64,000 bases of DNA, taken from assembly GCA_965116865.1 (NCBI GenBank), contig OZ220727.1, forward strand, positions 2,372,798 to 2,436,797, read 5' to 3'. The notes under the pieces were generated by a model. That model was not told where the DNA came from and searched no databases. It saw only the letters and a list, made by a program, of their open reading frames with translations. The position numbers and the translations under genes were made by a program. Source of the stretch: Acidimicrobiales bacterium. Its GTDB lineage: Bacteria > Actinomycetota > Acidimicrobiia > Acidimicrobiales > Aldehydirespiratoraceae. The number at the start of each line of letters is the position of its first letter. Positions within the stretch are counted from its first letter, which is position 1. Shown piece by piece: positions 54,834-64,000 of this stretch.

Positions 54834-56309
54834 CTACGAAGCTGCAGCGAAGTCGAACACGACGTTGGCCTTGCTGGCGTCGAGGTTCTCCTCGCCGCCA
54901 AGGTTCTTGATGACAGAGATGCGCGCTGCGCCGCAGTCTCCGAAGTTGTCGCAGTTGATCGTGCCGATGATGCCGCTATAGCCCTTGACACTGTTGAGGT
55001 GCTCGCGGACGCCTTGGCGATCGATGTGCAGGTTGCCGCCATCGAGCCAGGACGCGGCCTTGATGGCCTCGAGCAGGAGCGCGGTGCCATCGTAGCTGTG
55101 AGCCCAGAACGCTGCTTCCGGGCTCTCGCCGTAGCGCTCCTCGTAGACGGCCAAGAAGTCGCCGGCGGTCTTGCCGGTGCTCTGGTTGGTGTTGGCGCCG
55201 AAGCGGACGTCCGGACCGGACAGGTACATTCCCGCGGTCTGCGGCAGCTTCAAGTAGCTGTCGACCATCAGACCGTCGCCGGCCAGCAGGACTGTGTCCT
55301 CGAGCCCTGACACCCCGGGCGCCTGGGCGGCCACGAAGTCGCCGGCGGGCTGGAAGATCGGGAAGAACAGCGCTTCCGGGCTGCCCGCGGCGATCTCGGT
55401 CAGCACCGGAACCATGTCGGTGTCTTCCTTGTTGACTGCGGTGAAGCCGGTGACCGTGCCGCCCAAGACCTCGAAGGCGTCGGTGAATGCCTTCGCGAGC
55501 CCCTGGGTGTAGGGGTCGCCGTCATGGATGGCGGCCGCAGTGCTGAGGCCCAACTCCGAGAACACGAACTCGGCCATCGCCCAGCCCTGGTACAGGTCGT
55601 TGTGCGCCGTGCGGTAGTAGCCCTCGCTGTAGTTATCCCCGGGGTTGCCGAGCAGGTCGGACGTCAGCGCAGGCGAGGTGTTGCTCGGCGAGATCATCAC
55701 CATTCCGGCGTTGGTGATCAACGGCGCTGCGGCGGTGGCCGCGCCAGAGCACGACGTGCCGATCACACCGATCACATCCTCGTCGGCGACAATGATCTGG
55801 GCCGCTGCCTGCCCGCCGTCAGCGGAGCACAAGTCGTCGAGCCCGGTTCCCAGATCCACGTCGAAACCGTGGATCGTTCCGTAGTCCTCGATGGCCAGTT
55901 CACTGGCCCGCAGGTTGGGCAGGCCCAAGAAGGACACGTCGCCGGAGATCGCCTGCAGCGAGCGGATCTGGATCGCGTCGCCCGCCTCGACCTCGACGAT
56001 GCCCAACGAACCGTCGCCGAGATGGTCCATCATCGGCTGGTCCTCAGACTCGTCCTGGTGATCGTCGTGAGTATCGTCCATCGGATCATCGGTCATCTCG
56101 CCGGACGGATCCTCCTCGGACCCTGGCGAGTCGTCATCGGACGAAGACGTGTCCTCCCCCGTGTCCGTATCCTCCGAACTCAGCGGCGCTACGGTGCTGG
56201 GGCCGTCGTCACTGTCATCGTCGCTGCAAGCAGCGGCAATGAGCGTGAGCGACGCCAACACTCCAAGAGCGGCCAACATTCGGCCGGATGTACGCCATCG
56301 TGTATTCAT
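54834..56309 (-). CDS. ABC transporter substrate-binding lipoprotein (LivJ-type PBP1) with an acidic linker
   Basis: Lipobox LIAAACSDDDSDD. PBP1 blocks VIGTSCSGAA and ISPSNTSPALT. Confidence 0.85.
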   Translation of the reverse strand: MNTRWRTSGRMLAALGVLASLTLIAAACSDDDSDDGPSTVAPLSSEDTDTGEDTSSSDDDSPGSEEDPSGEMTDDPMDDTHDDHQDESEDQPMMDHLGDGSLGIVEVEAGDAIQIRSLQAISGDVSFLGLPNLRASELAIEDYGTIHGFDVDLGTGLDDLCSADGGQAAAQIIVADEDVIGVIGTSCSGAATAAAPLITNAGMVMISPSNTSPALTSDLLGNPGDNYSEGYYRTAHNDLYQGWAMAEFVFSELGLSTAAAIHDGDPYTQGLAKAFTDAFEVLGGTVTGFTAVNKEDTDMVPVLTEIAAGSPEALFFPIFQPAGDFVAAQAPGVSGLEDTVLLAGDGLMVDSYLKLPQTAGMYLSGPDVRFGANTNQSTGKTAGDFLAVYEERYGESPEAAFWAHSYDGTALLLEAIKAASWLDGGNLHIDRQGVREHLNSVKGYSGIIGTINCDNFGDCGAARISVIKNLGGEENLDASKANVVFDFAAAS

Positions 56310-56565
56310 GGTCCCCCCTCTCTAGGGCTGCGACCCACTGCTTGGGCCGCATCAGCGCGACACCATAGGTCGGATGCCCGGACGCGTGCAGCCCGTTCGG
56401 GCCAATTCGGTCCACTGAGCGGACCGAACCGGCAGGCTGTCGGCGGCGGCCGTGGCGCCGACATCGGACGAGTGCAGCCTCGAAGTCAGGCTCGAACACT
56501 TGCGCGCAACTCTTGAAAATCACGCGCGGCTCTTGAAAGTCGTGCAGCTAGGGTGGCAGTCCCCG

Positions 56566-56640
56566 GCGCTCGTAGCTCAATTTGGATAGAGCATCTGACT
56601 ACGGATCAGAAGGTTGGGGGTTCGAGTCCCTCCGAGCGCG
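56566..56640 (+). tRNA. tRNA-Arg (anticodon ACG)
   Basis: Acceptor GCGCTCG/CGAGCGC. D-arm GCTC..GAGC. Anticodon stem TCTGA/TCAGA with loop CTACGGA. T-loop TTCGAGT. Confidence 0.9.
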
Positions 56641-56686
56641 CTGGATCCCTCCAGTCCCGTCCCGGCGCGGCGTGAGCGGCCGACAA

Positions 56687-58729
56687 TCAGTCGTCGACCT
56701 TGACCTTGGACAGAAGGGCCTGGGGCAACGGCTGGTAGTCGTGGTGCTCGGCGCTGAACGTGCCGGTACCGCCGGTCATCGACCGCAGGTCGATCACGTA
56801 GCTCAAGATCTCCGACGTCGGCACATGGGCCCGGATCACGCTGGTCCCCGCCGACGAGCCCGGCTCGGTGCCGAACACCTGCCCCCGGCGAGAGTTCAGG
56901 TCGCCGAGCACATCGCCCTGGTAGCTGTCGGGAACCTCGACACTGATCTCGCTGATCGGTTCGAGCACCGCGCTGCCCGCCTGCTCCACCGCCTGCCTGA
57001 GAGCCAAGGAGCCCGCGATCTTGAAGCTCATCTCCGACGAGTCCACCGAATGGTGCTTGCCGTCGTAGCACACCGCCCGCAAGTCCACCATCGGGAACCC
57101 GTGCCGGCCGCCGTTGGCCATCGCCTCCTCGATGCCGGCCCCCACCGCCGGGATCAGATTGCGGGGAATGGCGCCCCCGCTCACCTCGGTGTCGAACTCG
57201 TAGCCGCCGCCCCGCGGCAGCGGCTCGAAACGCACCATAGCCACCGCGAACTGCCCATGGCCGCCGCTCTGCTTCTTGTGCTTGGCCTCCACATCGGCCG
57301 GGCGGGCCAGCGTCTCGAGATACGCCACCCGCATGTCCTCGACCTCGAAGTCGATCCCCATGCGCTCCAGCCTCGAGCGCACCACACGGATGTGGGCCTC
57401 GCCGGCGCCCGACAGCACCGTCTGGCGGGTGGTGGGATCCTGGCGGATCACGAGGCTGGGATCCTCGACGGCGAAACGGCGCAGCGCCGAGGCCAGCTTG
57501 TCCTCCTGGGCCGGAGCTGAAGCGTGGACAGCCACGCCGTACACCGGAACCGGCGGAGGGGTGATCGGCACCGACAGCCCGGCGTCGTTGGACAGCGTGT
57601 CCCCGGTGCGCACGTCGCCGAGCTTGGTGACGGCCACGATGTCGCCGGCGGTGACCTGGTCCACTCCCTGATGGTCGGCGCCGGCGAACGACATCAGGTT
57701 GTGGAGCCGCTCCTTGTCGCCGGTGCGGCTGTCGACGAGCGTGTCGTTGGAGCGGACCGTGCCCGACAGCACCTTCATGAACGAGATCTGGCCCAGGAAA
57801 TCATCGATGCGGGTGTTGAACACCAGCACCACCGACGGACCAGCATCGTCGATGTCCAACTCGACCGACTCGCCTCCCCGCACCGCGGCAACCGGACCGG
57901 TGGCGCCGGGGGAAGGACCCACACTGCAGATGAAATCGAGCAGGTGGTCGACACCTATGGGCTTGGCCGCCGAACCGCACAGCACCGGGAACACGCTGCG
58001 ATCGCCGATGGCGTCGCGAATGAGCCGCTGCAGCTGCTCCTGGGTCGGCTCGACCCCCTCCAAGTACTGCTCCAGAAGGTCGTCGTCGCCCTCCACGACA
58101 TCCTCCAACAGCTGGGTGTGGCCGTCGGAAGCGGCCGGGGCCACGTCGCCGGGAATCGGAGCGGACGCCGACTGCCCGCTGCTGTAGTCGAGGGCACTGT
58201 CGCCCACCAGGTCGGCGATGCCGAAGAACGACGCCTCCGCGCCCAGCGGGAGCTCCACCGCCTCGACATGGGAGCCGAAGTGCGACCGCAGGTCGTCCAG
58301 TGTGCGCCCGAACGACGAGCGCTCCCGGTCGAGCCCGTTCACGAACACCATCCGGGGCAGGCCCAACCGCACCGCGTGGCGCCACATCACCTGGTCCTGG
58401 GCCTGGACCCCCGACACGGCGTCCACCACCAGCACAGCCAGGTCGGCGGCGTGCATGCCGTTGACGGCCTCGCCCACGAAATCGGTGTATCCCGGGGTGT
58501 CGATGAGGTTGATCCGGTGATCTCGCCAGTCGAACGACGCCACCGCCACGCTCAGGCTCTGGCGGCGGGCCCTCTCCTCGGGGTCGTGGTCGCAGTGGGC
58601 GGTGCCGTCGTCGACGCGGCCCATCCGGCCCACCACACCGGCCCGGTACAGCATGGCCTCGGCCAGGGTGGTCTTGCCGTTGCCGTTGTGGCCGACGAGG
58701 ACGACATTTCTGATGGATTGCGACGACAC
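56687..58729 (-). CDS. Elongation factor G-like GTPase (EF-G paralogue)
   Basis: G1 GHNGNGKTTL, G3 DTPGYTDF, and EF-G domains II-V (680 aa). Confidence 0.85.
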   Translation of the reverse strand: MSSQSIRNVVLVGHNGNGKTTLAEAMLYRAGVVGRMGRVDDGTAHCDHDPEERARRQSLSVAVASFDWRDHRINLIDTPGYTDFVGEAVNGMHAADLAVLVVDAVSGVQAQDQVMWRHAVRLGLPRMVFVNGLDRERSSFGRTLDDLRSHFGSHVEAVELPLGAEASFFGIADLVGDSALDYSSGQSASAPIPGDVAPAASDGHTQLLEDVVEGDDDLLEQYLEGVEPTQEQLQRLIRDAIGDRSVFPVLCGSAAKPIGVDHLLDFICSVGPSPGATGPVAAVRGGESVELDIDDAGPSVVLVFNTRIDDFLGQISFMKVLSGTVRSNDTLVDSRTGDKERLHNLMSFAGADHQGVDQVTAGDIVAVTKLGDVRTGDTLSNDAGLSVPITPPPVPVYGVAVHASAPAQEDKLASALRRFAVEDPSLVIRQDPTTRQTVLSGAGEAHIRVVRSRLERMGIDFEVEDMRVAYLETLARPADVEAKHKKQSGGHGQFAVAMVRFEPLPRGGGYEFDTEVSGGAIPRNLIPAVGAGIEEAMANGGRHGFPMVDLRAVCYDGKHHSVDSSEMSFKIAGSLALRQAVEQAGSAVLEPISEISVEVPDSYQGDVLGDLNSRRGQVFGTEPGSSAGTSVIRAHVPTSEILSYVIDLRSMTGGTGTFSAEHHDYQPLPQALLSKVKVDD

Positions 58730-58850
58730 GCTGACTATCCCTCCCGTTCGTAGGCCTGCACACGCACAGCGACGCCGACACTAACCGGGTCCGCCGCCAA
58801 CGGCTAGCGGGGTCGCGGGTTGCGATGCGCCGACCCCGCCGACGCGCAGA

Positions 58851-60401
58851 TTACGGCAGGCGGATGGGGAAAGCAGCCCGGATGCGGGCGTCGACGTCGG
58901 CGCTGATGTGGGACGGGCGGTGCTCGGCCAAAACCCGCTGCACGTACTCGTGGGCACGCGTCCGCGAGTCCTTGCCTCCGGCGTCGAGCCAGTTGTCGGG
59001 AGTGTCGCGGTCGCCGATCTCGGGGTAGACGTAATCCCGCTGCATCAGGTCCAGGGTCTGGGGCGCACCCAGGAAGTGGCCCGGCCCCGACACCACATCG
59101 GCGATCAGCTGGGCCGAAAGGGTCTCCTCGTTGACCTCGATGCCCCTGACGGTGCGGTTGATCGAGCCGAGCATGTCGTTGTCGATCACCAGCGCCTCCA
59201 GCGAGCAGCTCAGGATGCTGGCCAGCATGCCGGCTGACTCGTACACCAGGTTGGCGCCGGCCTGGCCGGCCAGCGTGATGTTCATGCCCTTCTCGTAGCC
59301 GGCCTGGTTGTCGGGGACCTTCGAATCGGCCATGCCCGCGGCCACCCCCGACGGCAGGCCCATCCAGTTGACCAGCTGGGCCGCGGCCGCGTTCAAAACG
59401 CCCTCCTCGCCGGAGCCGCCGCTCATCGCTCCTGTGCGCAGATCCGACACGAAAGGCCACATGCCCATCACGCACGGATGGCCCGGGCTCAGCAGGTTCA
59501 CCCCGGTGAGCGCGGCCAGGCACTCGGCCAAGGCCTGGGCCAGCGACCCGGCCAGAGCCGCCGGCGAGGTCGCCCCGGCCTGCCCGGCCGACAGCAGGTT
59601 TATCGGCATACCGGTGGACACCTGAGCCACCAGAGCCTTGGCCGACTCCTCCGCGAAGCGCAGCGGCGGCACCACGAACGTGTTGTTGGCCGCCACGAAC
59701 GGGCGCTTGCGGAACTCGCCGGGCCCGCCGAGAGCCATGTCGAACATGTCCACCGTCTCGTAAACGTGCTCGCGCTCGAACCATGACGTGCCGATCGGCT
59801 TGGCGGTGCCGACCATGGCCGCGTAGGCGGTATTGAGGTCGAGCAGCCGGGCGTCCTCCAAGTCGCGTGCCACCACCGTGCGCACGAAGAAGTGGATGTT
59901 GTCGAGGACGTCCACCAGCCGGGCGCAGTCGTAGACGTCCACCGCGGTGGACGGCCGGAACACGCCGGTCGCATGGTCGTGCATCAGCACGGCGGCGCCG
60001 GCGGTGCCGAAATGGACCCGGTCGGCGCCCACGATGATCGACTGGTCGTCGTCGAAACCGTGCCACACCCACTCCTTCGCCGCGGCGGCGATCGCGCCCT
60101 CCACCACACTCTTCGGGTAGCGCAGCCGGCCGGCGTCGTCGACACGGCCGCCCGCGGCGGTCACCACATCGACGAACTCCTCGATGGGCGAGCCCATCCC
60201 GACGTCTTCGAGCAACGCCAGCGCAGTGTCGTACACCTGCTGCATGTCGGTCTCGCTCAAGGGAGCGAGCTTTCCGCCGGGCATCCCAGGGCGCACCGGC
60301 CGCACATCGGCCTCCAGCGGCGCCTGGCGAGCCGCTATGCGCCCGGCCCGACCGCCGCCACGGCGCCGGCCTCCTCCTCGGCCTCGGTCGCGATCAGTCA
60401 T
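58851..60401 (-). CDS. MttB-superfamily (trimethylamine methyltransferase-like, non-pyrrolysine) methyltransferase
   Basis: Arg/Gly-rich N-terminus, then LSETDMQQVYDTALALLEDVGM and a TIM-barrel length of 516 aa. The frame is continuous with no amber codon. Confidence 0.75.
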   Translation of the reverse strand: MTDRDRGRGGGRRRGGGRAGRIAARQAPLEADVRPVRPGMPGGKLAPLSETDMQQVYDTALALLEDVGMGSPIEEFVDVVTAAGGRVDDAGRLRYPKSVVEGAIAAAAKEWVWHGFDDDQSIIVGADRVHFGTAGAAVLMHDHATGVFRPSTAVDVYDCARLVDVLDNIHFFVRTVVARDLEDARLLDLNTAYAAMVGTAKPIGTSWFEREHVYETVDMFDMALGGPGEFRKRPFVAANNTFVVPPLRFAEESAKALVAQVSTGMPINLLSAGQAGATSPAALAGSLAQALAECLAALTGVNLLSPGHPCVMGMWPFVSDLRTGAMSGGSGEEGVLNAAAAQLVNWMGLPSGVAAGMADSKVPDNQAGYEKGMNITLAGQAGANLVYESAGMLASILSCSLEALVIDNDMLGSINRTVRGIEVNEETLSAQLIADVVSGPGHFLGAPQTLDLMQRDYVYPEIGDRDTPDNWLDAGGKDSRTRAHEYVQRVLAEHRPSHISADVDARIRAAFPIRLP

Positions 60402-60594
60402 CGGCGTCTCCCTCGGCCTCGGTCGCGATCAGTCATCGGCGTCTCCTCCTTCCTGCGAACTGGCTGCATTCGTCCACCGCTGCAGTGGGCAACCGGCAGA
60501 AGTTCGGGAGGCGGCGCCGTCGGTCATGCACGGGGGCCAGATTGGCCGCGCAAGGCGCCTCGTGCTTGCAGCCCCTGGCGGCGCCGTCGGTCAT
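60398..60594 (-). other. Two chained mini-ORFs (53 and 12 codons) linking the DMGDH-like gene to the mttB-like gene through ATGA overlaps
   Basis: The ATG at 60594 overlaps the upstream TGA. The 53-codon ORF ends in an ATGA at 60436-60433. The 12-codon ORF MTDRDRGRGRRR ends in the ATGA at the mttB-like start, 60401. These arise from 67-bp and 35-bp junction duplications. Confidence 0.3.
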
Positions 60595-63263
60595 GCACGG
60601 GGGGCCAGGTTGGCCGGGTCGTAGACAGGGTCGGCCAGAACGGTGGCCGTGCGCCGCTGCCCCAGCAGGTCGAGCTCGAACGTCGATCCGGGCGCCTCAA
60701 ACTCCGGGGCCACATACACGAACGCCAGGCTGCGGCCCACGGTATGGCTCCAGGCGCCGCTCGTGGCGATGCCCATGACGTCGCCGGCGGCGTCGAAAGC
60801 GGGCTCGTTGCCCCGCACGTCGTTGTCGGTGGCGTCCACCTCGCAGTACACCAGCACCATCGACAGGGGCTCGGCCTGTTCTTGCCGGGCCACGGTGGCG
60901 TCGCGGCCGATGAAGGGCCGGCTGAGGTCGACGAAACGCTCGAGGCGGGCCTCTACCGGCGTGATCTCGGTAGTGAGCTCCGAGCCCCACGCCTTGTAGC
61001 CCTTCTCGATGCGCATCACGTTCATGGCGTAGCTGCCGAAGTGGACCATGCCGTGCGGCCCGCCCGCGTCCACCACAGCGTCGTACAGCTCGGCCAGCCG
61101 GTCCATGCCGCAGTGCATCTCCCAGCCCAGCTCGCCCACGTACGACACCCGCAGGGCCAGGCACGGCACGCCCGCCACCGTGATCTCGGCCGCGGTCAGC
61201 CACGGGAACCCCTCGTTGCCGAGGTCGGCGCCGGTGAGCGGCGCCAGCACGTCTCGGGCCCGGGGACCGGTCACGGCCAGCAGGCCGGTGGAGTCGGTGA
61301 CATCCACCACCCTCACGTCTTCGGTGTCAGCGATGTGCTGCACCAGCCAGTCGTGGTCGTGGCTCTGGCCCATGATGGCCGAGGTGAGGTAGAAGCGGTC
61401 GGACGCCAGGCGGGCGATGGTCATCTCGCACTCGATGCCGCCCTGGACGGTGAGCATGTGGGTCAACCGGATGCCGCCGTCGCGAGCCGGCAGCCGGTTG
61501 GCCGACAGCCGGTCGAGGAACACGCCCGCGTCGGCCCCGGTCACCTCGAAGGAGGCGAAGGCGGTGATGTCGGCGATCCCGACCCGCTCACGCACCCCCC
61601 GCACCTCCTCGGCCACCGGGTCGAAGGCATTGGAGCGGCGGAACGAGTGCCGCTCGCCGGTCCCGTCAGGCGAGAAGTACTGAGGCCGCTCCCAGCCGTA
61701 AACCTCCTGCCACTGCGCGCCCAGACGGTCGAGACGGCCATGGATCGGGTCGACCTTCTGGGGCCGCCCCGCGGCCCGGTGCTCACCCGGCAAGCGCACC
61801 TGATACATCTCGTGGTACTCGTCACGGGCCTTGGTTATGGCGAAAGCCGAACGCGGCCCGGTGTGGTCGCCGAAGCGGCGGGGATCCATGCCCCGGACGT
61901 TGATCTCGGTCTGGCCGTGGACCATCCACTGGGCCAGGTACTTTCCCGCGCCGGGGCCCTGGGTGATGCCGATGGAGGCGCCGTTGCAGTGCCAGTAGTT
62001 GCGCAGCCCCGGCGCAGGCCCCATCAAGTACCCGGAGTCGGGGGTGTGGGTTATCGGACCGGACACGATCTGCTTGATGCCGGCCTCGGCGAAAGCGGGG
62101 ATGCGCATGGCGGTGTGCTCCAGGCACTCCTCGAGCACGTCGACGTTCTCGCCGGTGAGGTGGAAGTCGTGGGCCCAGTCGATGCCCTCCACGCCGTACA
62201 CCCTGGAGCCGGACGTCTCGTAGGGGCCGACCAGCAGGCCGTCGATCTCCCGGCGGTAGTAGCACGACGACCGCGGGTCCCGAGTGACCGGCGGCTCGAA
62301 GCCGAGGTCGATCATGGCCTGCAGCGGCTCCGTGACCAGGTACTGGTGGATCACCGACACGATCGGCACGTCCAACCCGACCATGGCCCCGAGCTGCGGC
62401 GCGTAGTGGCCGGCGGCGTTCACGACGTGCTCGCACACGATCCGGTAGCTGTCGCCGACGCCCGAACCCGAACCGACGCCCGAACCCGAACCGACGCCCG
62501 AACCCGAACCGCCGCCCGAGCCCGAACCCGAACCCACGGAGCCCGAACCGCCGCCCGAGCCCGAACCCGAACCCACGGAGCCCGAACCGCCGCCCGAGCC
62601 CGAGCCCGTACCCGCGTCCACGGAGCCCGCGCCCGAGCCCATGCCGCCTGCGCTCATGCCGCCGGGGGTGGCGACGATCTCCCAGCGCCCGTCGGGCAGC
62701 CGGCACATGCCGGTGACCAGCGTGTGGCGCCTGATGTCGCAGCCCAGGTTGCGGGCGCCTCGGGCCATGGCATTGGTGCAGCTCGACGGGTCGGTCCAGC
62801 CGTCGGCGGGGGTGAAGAACCCGAGCTGTACGTCGCTGAGGTCCTCCAGCAGCGGATGCCGCTCACGAATCTCGGCCGGTGAGATCAGGTGCGACTCCAC
62901 ACCGATCTGGGTGAGCATCGCATGCACGTAGCGGTGCCAGTCGACCTCTTCGTCGGTGCGGGCCAGCCGGATCGCGCCGCAGCCGTGCCAGCCGGCCGAC
63001 AGCCCGGTCTCCTCCTCGATGCGGGGATACAGCGCCACCGCCTCCTGGTGGACCTTGGCCATGTTCAAGTCGCCGATGAAGTTGGGGACCAGACCCGCCG
63101 CGTGCCAGGTCGAGCCCGACGTCAGCTCGCCCTTCTCGAGCAGCACGGTGTCGGTCCAGCCCTCATGGGCCAGGTAGTACAGCAGGCCGACCCCCATCGC
63201 CCCGCCTCCGATGATCACGCACCGCGCCTCTTGTGTCAAGGCCCCTCCCGAAGGTGTGCGCAC
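60591..63263 (-). CDS. FAD-dependent dimethylglycine/sarcosine dehydrogenase-like oxidoreductase with a GcvT-type C-terminal domain
   Basis: Dinucleotide fold IIGGGAMGVGLLYYLA, then STWHAAGL, VVNAAGHYA, and a C-terminal aminomethyltransferase-like half. A Gly/Ser repeat insert is present. Confidence 0.85.
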   Translation of the reverse strand: MRTPSGGALTQEARCVIIGGGAMGVGLLYYLAHEGWTDTVLLEKGELTSGSTWHAAGLVPNFIGDLNMAKVHQEAVALYPRIEEETGLSAGWHGCGAIRLARTDEEVDWHRYVHAMLTQIGVESHLISPAEIRERHPLLEDLSDVQLGFFTPADGWTDPSSCTNAMARGARNLGCDIRRHTLVTGMCRLPDGRWEIVATPGGMSAGGMGSGAGSVDAGTGSGSGGGSGSVGSGSGSGGGSGSVGSGSGSGGGSGSGVGSGSGVGSGSGVGDSYRIVCEHVVNAAGHYAPQLGAMVGLDVPIVSVIHQYLVTEPLQAMIDLGFEPPVTRDPRSSCYYRREIDGLLVGPYETSGSRVYGVEGIDWAHDFHLTGENVDVLEECLEHTAMRIPAFAEAGIKQIVSGPITHTPDSGYLMGPAPGLRNYWHCNGASIGITQGPGAGKYLAQWMVHGQTEINVRGMDPRRFGDHTGPRSAFAITKARDEYHEMYQVRLPGEHRAAGRPQKVDPIHGRLDRLGAQWQEVYGWERPQYFSPDGTGERHSFRRSNAFDPVAEEVRGVRERVGIADITAFASFEVTGADAGVFLDRLSANRLPARDGGIRLTHMLTVQGGIECEMTIARLASDRFYLTSAIMGQSHDHDWLVQHIADTEDVRVVDVTDSTGLLAVTGPRARDVLAPLTGADLGNEGFPWLTAAEITVAGVPCLALRVSYVGELGWEMHCGMDRLAELYDAVVDAGGPHGMVHFGSYAMNVMRIEKGYKAWGSELTTEITPVEARLERFVDLSRPFIGRDATVARQEQAEPLSMVLVYCEVDATDNDVRGNEPAFDAAGDVMGIATSGAWSHTVGRSLAFVYVAPEFEAPGSTFELDLLGQRRTATVLADPVYDPANLAPRA
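62455..62640. repeat. In-frame 18/36-bp tandem repeats encoding a ~65-aa Gly/Ser tract inside the flavoprotein
   Basis: GACGCCCGAACCCGAACC and GCCGCCCGAGCCCGAACCCGAACCCACGGAGCCCGAACC units. The protein reads GSGSGGGSGSVGSGSGSGGG...GSGVGSGSGVG. Confidence 0.9.
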
Positions 63264-63455
63264 CTGCGCCGCGCCTGCAGGCCGCAGAGGGCCGAGTGTA
63301 GTTGCGGCGCGGCACGGGCGGGCGCTGGCCGGGCGCCGGGACTCGCCTCGGCGCCGGACCTCAGGGCCGGACCTCGACGAAGCCGGCCGCGCTGAAGTCG
63401 CCGTCGAACGCCCGAGCCTCGACTATCCGCTCGCGCCGCATGATCTCGAAGCTGA

Positions 63456-63712
63456 CAGCAGCGACGTAGGAGGACGCACGCTCGTCATGGAGGTATCTGG
63501 GCGAACTTCGCCATGGTCAGCCACTCGCCTCACGAGTTCACCCTCGATTTCGCCCGGCTGGACTACAACACCCGCCCATTCAGGGCGTCATCGTGCAGAG
63601 GGTGAATATGTCGCCGCTCTTCGTCAAACAACTCATCGACGCTCTAGCAGCGAATCTGGCCGACTACGCTAGAAGCATGCCAGACGGCATGATCACTGAG
63701 GAGGACCAGTGA
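63456..63712 (+). pseudogene. Possible DUF3467-like gene remnant (frameshifted, no start codon)
   Basis: WANFAMVSHSPHEFTLDFARLDY is followed, in another frame, by VIVQRVNMSPLFVKQLIDALAANLADYA. Confidence 0.25.
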
Positions 63713-64000
63713 CCAACCCCGATAACCCCATCGAAATCCGGGAGACGGAGATCGTCATGCATCCCGATAAGCGCCCGGTGCAAGCGCGCGCCCTCATCGA
63801 ATGGGTAAACCCGGCTCCCCCTCCCGGAGAGTCCATGCCCCTATCGCCAGCGTGACAGACCCCGAGCCTAAGCCCGATCCGGCCGATGAGCCGGTGGTGG
63901 ACTGGGAGGATTTCGAGCGGACCTCGGCCCTTCTCATCAAGGATCAGCGGCCCCCCGAGGAGCAGCCGGTGAGTTCTCGCCAGGAGAGGCGCCGCCCCTC

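Noticed and set aside
58851-60401. Possible pyrrolysine (in-frame TAG) in the MttB-family gene.
   Set aside because: The frame is continuous with no amber codon, and no pyl genes are nearby. It is treated as a non-Pyl MttB-superfamily member.
59892-62882. A 996-aa plus-strand ORF.
   Set aside because: It is antisense to the well-supported mttB-like and DMGDH-like genes. It has low-complexity Arg/Gly/Ala composition and no recognisable motifs.

Overview
A high-GC (by eye high-60s %) actinobacterial-type chromosomal segment in which core metabolic operons alternate with accessory insertions. All product calls rest on motif and architecture recognition by eye; no database search was run.

Core genes:
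- A LivJ/H/M-type ABC uptake operon.
- An ArsR regulator paired with an SRPBCC-PBP fusion, and trpG/pabA.
- PP2C phosphatase, then PknB (PASTA kinase), then a GH16-like secreted protein.
- A five-step histidine-utilisation cluster: iclR, hutH, hutU, def-like, hutF, hutI.
- An MBL hydrolase and pheA.
- A pectin-acetylesterase-like lipoprotein.
- A second IclR plus a solute-binding protein.
- An EF-G-like GTPase.
- An MttB-family methyltransferase next to a DMGDH/sarcosine-dehydrogenase-like flavoprotein.
- Four tRNAs: Leu-CAG, Ser-TGA, Ser-GCT and Arg-ACG.

Accessory DNA sits next to three of these tRNAs (Leu-CAG, Ser-TGA, Ser-GCT):
- Next to tRNA-Leu: an AT-rich fused nuclease-methylase-specificity restriction-modification (R-M) gene, flanked by ISL3, IS30 and RES-toxin debris.
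- Next to tRNA-Ser(TGA): an IS1182-type element that splits an AAA+/DUF4143 gene.
- After tRNA-Ser(GCT), an island of about 18 kb: IS5, Xre/RES toxin-antitoxin (TA), an HNH protein, an unrecognised 1198-aa protein with a C-terminal PD-(D/E)xK motif, divergent RNase HI, a nest of four IS630 elements plus one IS256, a duplicated hicB with hicA, and an unknown two-gene operon.

The most unusual signal is structural. Many gene junctions are expanded into locus-specific tandem arrays or duplications with 35-75 bp periods. Open frames through these arrays begin and end in 4-nt ATGA/GTGA overlaps with the flanking genes, giving MIRU-like bridge ORFs. In-frame tandem repeats also sit inside several coding genes.
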